DNA from: Pseudomonadota bacterium
GTDB lineage: Bacteria; Pseudomonadota; Alphaproteobacteria; UBA11222
DNA length: 64,000 nucleotides
NCBI GenBank assembly: GCA_036758605.1
Contig: DAIOWE010000001.1
Location: 935-64,934 of the forward strand
Direction: 5' to 3'
Position numbers and translations under genes: made by a program
The notes under the pieces: model-generated
The model's database searches: none
What the model was told of the DNA's origin: nothing
The model's input: the letters and a program-made list of their open reading frames with translations, nothing else
Part shown: one piece after another, positions 58,994-64,000 of the stretch
Layout: each line of letters opens with the position of its first letter
Position numbering within the stretch: position 1 is the first letter of the stretch

Positions 58994-59023
58994 TGCGTTA
59001 TATCAGCGGCCCTATGCCCTGAC

Positions 59024-59122
59024 CTGTCATCCTGAGCGAAGCGAAGGATCTCCTCGAAATGGATGGGGATTCTTCGCTCTCGCCGCGCAGGCGCTGGCGC
59101 AGCGGGTCGCTCAGAATGACAG
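59024..59122. repeat. Palindromic dispersed repeat, copy 2 (99 bp, inverted relative to copy 1, with a roughly 27-bp internal insertion).
   Basis: Its reverse complement aligns to copy 1 end to end apart from the extra segment CCCGCTGCGCCAGCGCCTGCGCGGCGAGAGC. Confidence 0.7.
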
Positions 59123-59149
59123 CGAGTCTGTTCATCAGGCCGTAATGCA

Positions 59150-59515
59150 TTACTTCTTCTTGACCAGGCGCGGGGCTTTTTTGATGGCGGCGCGTTGTGC
59201 AGCGGCAAACGCATTCTTTGCCCACACCGCCAATTCATCTGTATCGTCATACAGCGCATCGGGGATGAGGTAATAGGACATGGCCATGGTGCGGCCATCC
59301 TTGCGTTCAAACAGGAACGGATCCTGGCCCGCGTTCTCAAACTCCGCGCGGTTGTGATCATCCACTTTCAGATAAATCTGATCGTCAATGATAAGGCCGA
59401 ACATGAGGTCATCACGAAAAATGCCCGCACCGCCGAACATGCTGCGGATACGAATGGCGCCAAAAGCGGTGAACAGATCACGTACATATTCGCGGTATTC
59501 CTCGCTGACCGGCAT
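59150..59515 (-). CDS. TfoX N-terminal-domain family protein.
   Basis: 121 aa; …YVRDLFTAFGAIRIRSMFGGAGIFRDDLMFGLIIDDQIYLKVD… resembles TfoX_N. Confidence 0.5.
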   Translation of the reverse strand: MPVSEEYREYVRDLFTAFGAIRIRSMFGGAGIFRDDLMFGLIIDDQIYLKVDDHNRAEFENAGQDPFLFERKDGRTMAMSYYLIPDALYDDTDELAVWAKNAFAAAQRAAIKKAPRLVKKK

Positions 59516-59523
59516 AGCTCAGG

Positions 59524-59919
59524 TCAGCTAACGCGGAAGGATTCGCCGCAGCCGCAGGTATCGACGGCATTTGGGTTTTTGAACACAAAGCCGGATTCGA
59601 ATTTGTCGGTTTTGTAATCCATTTCGGTGCCGATCAGGAACAACACCGCTTTGGGATCAATCAGGATAGTAACGTCCTTGTCCTCGACCTTTTCATCCAG
59701 CGGGTTCAATTCCGACGCATATTCCATCGCGTAGGACATGCCGGCGCAGCCGGTGTTTTTTACACTGATGCGCACGCCAACAACTTTGCCATCGGCGCGC
59801 GCCATGATTTCTTTAACGCGGTGTGCGGCGGCGTCGCTCAGGGTAATGGCTTTAGGGCGCGGGCGCGCGGGCCTGCGTACGGGCTTGCCGGAATTACCGT
59901 CGGTTATTTCAATCGCCAT
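59524..59919 (-). CDS. sufA: Fe-S cluster insertion protein (HesB/IscA/SufA family).
   Basis: …GCAGMSY… and C-terminal …CGCGESF. Confidence 0.8.
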   Translation of the reverse strand: MAIEITDGNSGKPVRRPARPRPKAITLSDAAAHRVKEIMARADGKVVGVRISVKNTGCAGMSYAMEYASELNPLDEKVEDKDVTILIDPKAVLFLIGTEMDYKTDKFESGFVFKNPNAVDTCGCGESFRVS

Positions 59920-59934
59920 TGTTGCCGTACCTTT

Positions 59935-60303
59935 TCAAAACATATCCAGCGCAACCTGCGCCTCGTCCGACATGCGTGATTTATCCCAGGGCGGATCAAA
60001 CACCATATTCACTTCACATCCCCGCACACCGGAAACCTGAATGACCGCATCTCGCACCCATATCGGCATTTCACCGGCAACCGGGCAGGCGGGCGCGGTC
60101 AGGGTCATATCAATATCGACCATGCCCTGTTCATTGATATCCAGGCGGTAAATCAGCCCAAGCTCGTAGATATCGACAGGAATTTCCGGGTCATAAACCG
60201 TTTTAATGGCGGCCACGACAGGATCGTGCAGCAGATGCGGATCCACTAGGCCAGAAATATCTGCGCCGGTTTCCGCTTTTGCCATTTCTTGTTCCATATC
60301 CAT
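59935..60303 (-). CDS. sufT: SufT/DUF59 Fe-S assembly protein; coordinates are 59935..60303 (ATG at 60303; the track ORF extends to a TTG at 60330).
   Basis: …VYDPEIPVDIYELGLIYRLDI…MTLTAPACPVAGEMP… DUF59 motif. Confidence 0.7.
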   Translation of the reverse strand: MDMEQEMAKAETGADISGLVDPHLLHDPVVAAIKTVYDPEIPVDIYELGLIYRLDINEQGMVDIDMTLTAPACPVAGEMPIWVRDAVIQVSGVRGCEVNMVFDPPWDKSRMSDEAQVALDMF

Positions 60304-60322
60304 GCTGGGCACCTGTTTCCAT

Positions 60323-61582
60323 CTAACCAAATAATTTGCGGCAGTCTTCCAATGCGCGCACCAGAATATCGACTTCTTCTTTTGTGTTATATAATGCGAA
60401 CGACGCCCGCGCCGTGGCGGTAACGCCCAGATGCCGCATCAGCGGTTCGGCGCAATGCTGGCCTGACCGCACGGCAACGCCGGACTGATCAATGATGGTG
60501 GCGATATCATGCGGATGAATGCCATCAATGCCAAAAGAAATGATCGCGCCCTTTTCGCGCGCCTGACCATATATGGTAAGCGCATTGATTTCCGACAAGC
60601 GTGCCGTGGCGTAATCCAGCAAGGATTTTTCATGGGCGGCAACGGCCGCGCGATCCAGCGACAACATGAAATCAATGGCGGCGCCCAGGCCGATGGCCTG
60701 CACGATGGGCATGGTTCCGGGTTCAAACCGGAACGGCGGGTCAGCATAGGTGACATTGTCCTGAGTGACCTGGCTAATCATTTCGCCGCCACCGAGAAAA
60801 GGCGGCATGGCGTTGAGATGTTCCGCCTTGCCATACAACACGCCAATGCCGGTCGGGCCATAAACCTTGTGGCCGGTGAAGGCGTAAAAATCGCAATCCA
60901 GATCCTGCACATCAATTGGCAGATGTGGCGCCGCCTGACTGCCATCCACCAACACCGGCACACCTTGCGCATGGGCCAGCCGGATGATTTCCTTGATGGG
61001 CGTCACCGTGCCCAATACGTTCGAAACATGGGTAATGGTCACCAGTCTTGTGCGGGGCGACAAAAGTTTTTCAAATTCATCCAGTTGCAATTCACCCCGC
61101 CCATCGACCGGAACCCATTTCAGAACAGCGCCTTTATCCGCCCGTAAAAAATGCCAGGGTACGATGTTGGAATGATGTTCCATCACGGAAAGGATGATCT
61201 CATCACCTTCCTTGATGCGCGGGCGGGCAAAGCTGGACGCCACAAGATTAAGCGCGCCGGTGGCGTTGCTGGTAAAAATAATTTCTGATGTCTCACGCGC
61301 GTTCAGGAAAGTGCGCACCTTTTCCCGCGCCGCTTCATATTTTTCGGTCGCAAGTGTGCTGAGATAATGCGCGCCGCGATGAATATTGGCGTAAGAGGTG
61401 CGATAGGTATTATCCAGCGCATGCAACACCGACTCGGGCTTTTGCGCCGACGCGGCATTATCGAAATAGACCAGCGGCTTTGCGTTCACCCTGGTTTGCA
61501 GAATTGGAAACTGCGCACGGGCATGCGCTACGTCAAACCCGGTTGATGTTGTAGCGGGGCGAATATTGGCCGGTTTAGACAT
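60323..61582 (-). CDS. sufS: Cysteine desulfurase SufS (ATG at 61582; the track ORF extends to a TTG at 61588).
   Basis: PLP-lysine …TGHKVYGPTGIGVLYG…; C-terminal …RSGQHCAEPLM… catalytic Cys. Confidence 0.9.
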   Translation of the reverse strand: MSKPANIRPATTSTGFDVAHARAQFPILQTRVNAKPLVYFDNAASAQKPESVLHALDNTYRTSYANIHRGAHYLSTLATEKYEAAREKVRTFLNARETSEIIFTSNATGALNLVASSFARPRIKEGDEIILSVMEHHSNIVPWHFLRADKGAVLKWVPVDGRGELQLDEFEKLLSPRTRLVTITHVSNVLGTVTPIKEIIRLAHAQGVPVLVDGSQAAPHLPIDVQDLDCDFYAFTGHKVYGPTGIGVLYGKAEHLNAMPPFLGGGEMISQVTQDNVTYADPPFRFEPGTMPIVQAIGLGAAIDFMLSLDRAAVAAHEKSLLDYATARLSEINALTIYGQAREKGAIISFGIDGIHPHDIATIIDQSGVAVRSGQHCAEPLMRHLGVTATARASFALYNTKEEVDILVRALEDCRKLFG

Positions 61583-62882
61583 TTTCAATCACCAATTTCT
61601 GCGCCAGCCATGTATTGATTGTGTCCCGTATGTTTAGCTGAATTTGACCGGCATCCAGCGCATCGCTACCCTGAATCTGGGAGACCGCATCATCCAGAAA
61701 CGCGCCGATCAACAACGCTCGCGCCTGCGCCTCAGCTATGCCGCGCGCGCGCAGATAAAACAGTGCAGCCTCGTCAAGCTGTCCAACCGACGCGCCGTGT
61801 GCGCATTTCACGTCATCCGCAAAAATTTCCAGTTCCGGTTTGGAATTTTGTACGGCATGCGGCGATAACAGCATGGCCTTGATCTGTTGCGTGGCATCGG
61901 TACGTTGCGCAGGTTTTGCAACGCGGATAAGGCCCTGAAATATGCCCTGGGATTTACCATCAAGCACAGAGCGAAACATCTGGTTGCTGCGGCTTCCCGG
62001 CGCGCGATGGTTCATGACGCAGGTGGTGTCGGCAATCTGCGATCCGTTCAGCATGCTGACACCGTTCAGGCCGCACAGTGCGTCACTGCCCGCAATTTCG
62101 ACATGCGCCTCAGATCGCGAAAGGCGGGCGCCACGGGTTAATGTGAAGCCATCATAAACCGTATGCGCGTCAAGCCGGGCATTCAGAAAATGAAAATGCA
62201 GGGCGTTTTGGCTTTCTGCCTGATCACGGTAATGGGCCAGACGCGCCCCTTCGCCAAGCTGCACATCGCTTGCGTTATTGACAAAATATTCTGCGCCTGT
62301 CGGCCCGTAATGGCTTTCAAACAGCATCAGATTGGCGCGCGGTTCCAGCACAACAAGATTGCGGATTTGGGCATTCCCGGTATTAAAAAAAACAAGATGC
62401 AGTGGTTTGGAAAGCTGTGTATCCGCTGCAACGCAAATATATGCGCCATCGTTCAACAAAGCGGTATTCAACGCAAGGAATGGCGCGCCGGCGCTATCGC
62501 GCAACCGGTCCGCTATCACAGCATCATCCTGCAAGGCGGCGCGCAAAGATTGCGCACACAAGCCGGGGGGCAGATCGCTTGCTTCACCTTGCAACACGCC
62601 ATTCACAAAAATCAGCCGCCATGCGTCAATGTCCGCAAAGGCTCCTTCCAGTTTCTGAAAATCGGCGGCTGGCACCGTCACACGGTGGGGCTGTTCCCGC
62701 AACAGCGATAAATCCGTCCACCGCCAGGCTTCATCCTTGCGTGTCGGAAAACCCGTTTCTGAAAAAAGCTTCATCGCATTCTGACGCATGGCGCGAAGAC
62801 GCGGCGAAACAGACGCCAGGCCCGCTTCCTGCGCCTTAATCTCGCTTAGCAGCGAGTGCTCCAATGTTGCTGTTTCAGCCAT
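61575..62882 (-). CDS. sufD: Fe-S cluster assembly protein SufD (ATG 62882 overlaps the sufC stop as ATGGCTGA; the track ORF extension to 63023 is rejected).
   Basis: 435 aa from MAETATLEHSLLSEIK…; SufB/D C-terminal beta-helix pattern. Confidence 0.8.
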   Translation of the reverse strand: MAETATLEHSLLSEIKAQEAGLASVSPRLRAMRQNAMKLFSETGFPTRKDEAWRWTDLSLLREQPHRVTVPAADFQKLEGAFADIDAWRLIFVNGVLQGEASDLPPGLCAQSLRAALQDDAVIADRLRDSAGAPFLALNTALLNDGAYICVAADTQLSKPLHLVFFNTGNAQIRNLVVLEPRANLMLFESHYGPTGAEYFVNNASDVQLGEGARLAHYRDQAESQNALHFHFLNARLDAHTVYDGFTLTRGARLSRSEAHVEIAGSDALCGLNGVSMLNGSQIADTTCVMNHRAPGSRSNQMFRSVLDGKSQGIFQGLIRVAKPAQRTDATQQIKAMLLSPHAVQNSKPELEIFADDVKCAHGASVGQLDEAALFYLRARGIAEAQARALLIGAFLDDAVSQIQGSDALDAGQIQLNIRDTINTWLAQKLVIENV

Positions 62883-63630
62883 TGACCACTTCACCATAAC
62901 CTTCGCGGTCCAGTTCAAGCGCCAGTTCCTTGCCGCCGCTGCGTGTGATTTTTCCTTTGGCCAGCACATGCACGAAGTCCGGCACAATATGATCCAGCAG
63001 GCGCTGATAATGCGTGATGACAATCATCGCGCGATCGGGTGCGCGCAACCCGGTGACTCCATCGCCAACCAGACGCAGGGCATCCACATCCAGCCCGGAA
63101 TCCGTTTCATCCAGTACGGCCAGCAGGGGTTGCAGCACCGCCATCTGTAAAATCTCGCAACGCTTTTTTTCGCCGCCGGAAAAACCGGCATTCACCGGAC
63201 GTTTCAGCATGTCTGCGGATATTTTAAGTTTTCCCGCTTCACGCTGCACCAGCTTCATGACGCCCATGGCGTCCAGTTCATCTTCGCCGCGCGATTTGCG
63301 CTGCGCATTGATCGCGTGTTTCAGAAAGGTCATGGTTGCGACACCGGGAATTTCCACCGGATATTGAAAACCCAGAAAAATCCCTTTGGCGGCGCGCGCT
63401 TCGGGCGGCATGGCGGTAAGGTCTTCACCAAAATAAAGCACACTGCCTTGCGTGATTTCATAGCCGGGGCGTCCCGCCAGAATATAGGACAGCGTGCTTT
63501 TGCCAGACCCATTCGGGCCCATGATGGCATGCACTTCGCCCGCCTTCACAACAAGATCAATGCCACGCAGAATTTCCTGCCCGCCGGCGGACACATGCAG
63601 ATTTTTGATTTCCAGCATTACCTTACTCAT
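62875..63630 (-). CDS. sufC: Fe-S cluster assembly ATPase SufC.
   Basis: Walker A GPNGSGKSTL; ABC signature …FSGGEKKR…; 251 aa. Confidence 0.9.
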   Translation of the reverse strand: MSKVMLEIKNLHVSAGGQEILRGIDLVVKAGEVHAIMGPNGSGKSTLSYILAGRPGYEITQGSVLYFGEDLTAMPPEARAAKGIFLGFQYPVEIPGVATMTFLKHAINAQRKSRGEDELDAMGVMKLVQREAGKLKISADMLKRPVNAGFSGGEKKRCEILQMAVLQPLLAVLDETDSGLDVDALRLVGDGVTGLRAPDRAMIVITHYQRLLDHIVPDFVHVLAKGKITRSGGKELALELDREGYGEVVNG

Positions 63631-63631
63631 T

Positions 63632-64000
63632 TTACCCGACGCTGCCTTCTAAACTCACACCGACCAGCTTTTGCGCTTCGACGGCAAATTCCATCGGCAG
63701 ATGCTGTAACACTTCACGGCAAAAACCATTAACCAGCAGCGCCACCGCGCTTTCCGCATCCAGTCCGCGCTGGCGGCAATAGAATAATTGCTCCTCGCTC
63801 AGCTTGGACGTGGTCGCCTCGTGTTCCACCTGCGCCGCCGGATTGCGCACCTCGATATAGGGCACGGTATGCGCGCCGCATTTATCGCCAATCAACAGGG
63901 AATCGCATTGGGTGTGGTTGCGCGCTCCCTCGGCTTTGGGATGTATGCTGACCAATCCGCGATAGGTGGACTGGCTGGCGCCCGCAGAAATGCCCTTGGC
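63632..64000 (-). CDS. sufB: Fe-S cluster assembly protein SufB, C-terminal part (the gene continues beyond the window end).
   Basis: …[39 protein letters not shown]… is typical of the SufB C-terminus. Confidence 0.75.
   Translation of the reverse strand, partial: AKGISAGASQSTYRGLVSIHPKAEGARNHTQCDSLLIGDKCGAHTVPYIEVRNPAAQVEHEATTSKLSEEQLFYCRQRGLDAESAVALLVNGFCREVLQHLPMEFAVEAQKLVGVSLEGSVG

Noticed and set aside
62883-63023. Upstream extension of sufD overlapping sufC by about 150 nt.
   Set aside because: The ATG at 62882 overlaps the sufC stop (ATGGCTGA), a typical coupling arrangement, and gives a normal-length SufD. The extension has a Cys/Trp-rich unlikely sequence.

Overview
Alphaproteobacterial-type chromosomal window of moderately high GC, dominated by a roughly 30 kb motility supercluster.

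Gene order in the motility region:
- chpT, then a chemotaxis operon cheA(with C-terminal receiver)-cheW-cheY-cheB-cheR, closed by a bidirectional terminator.
- A divergent ctrA separated from fliI by a strongly AT-rich control region, then fliI-fliJ.
- A long minus-strand run with mostly 4-nt overlaps: fliF-fliG-fliH(flbE-like)-fliN-motA-flbD-flhA-flhF-flhG.
- A DUF1153 gene, then fliK-flgD-flgE (minus) and flgK-flgL (plus), driven from divergent sigma54-type promoters.

Flanking regions:
- Upstream: two acyl-CoA dehydrogenase genes, a carboxymuconolactone-decarboxylase-family gene and cysQ.
- Downstream: mnmA, then an isolated GspL/GspM/GspC-like plus secretin module. It is convergent with a secreted PPC-domain protein gene whose 5' coding end carries a 100-bp GC-rich palindromic element and whose start is ATGA-coupled to a GNAT acetyltransferase.
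- Further downstream: M16 peptidase, thrC, M32 carboxypeptidase, the SURF1-ctaE-ctaG-(small ORF)-ctaB-ctaD-ctaC aa3 oxidase cluster, a hypothetical protein with an internal duplication, tldD, a DUF1329-like secreted protein, an aldehyde dehydrogenase, a GGDEF cyclase, an enoyl-CoA hydratase, a cytochrome b561-YceI fusion plus a stand-alone YceI, a TfoX-like protein and a sufA-sufT-sufS-sufD-sufC-sufB(partial) operon.

No rRNA, tRNA, CRISPR array or transposase was recognised.

Most noteworthy:
- The CtrA phosphorelay genes chpT and ctrA sit inside the che/fla cluster, with candidate CtrA boxes nearby.
- A Caulobacter-type fliF-fliG-flbE-fliN-flbD arrangement is combined with flhF/flhG.
- FlgD carries an internal tandem duplication.
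- An orphan secretin platform lies next to the palindrome-containing PPC gene.
- A dispersed palindromic repeat family is present (two copies).

All calls are from reading ORF translations and the DNA directly; no database search was possible.
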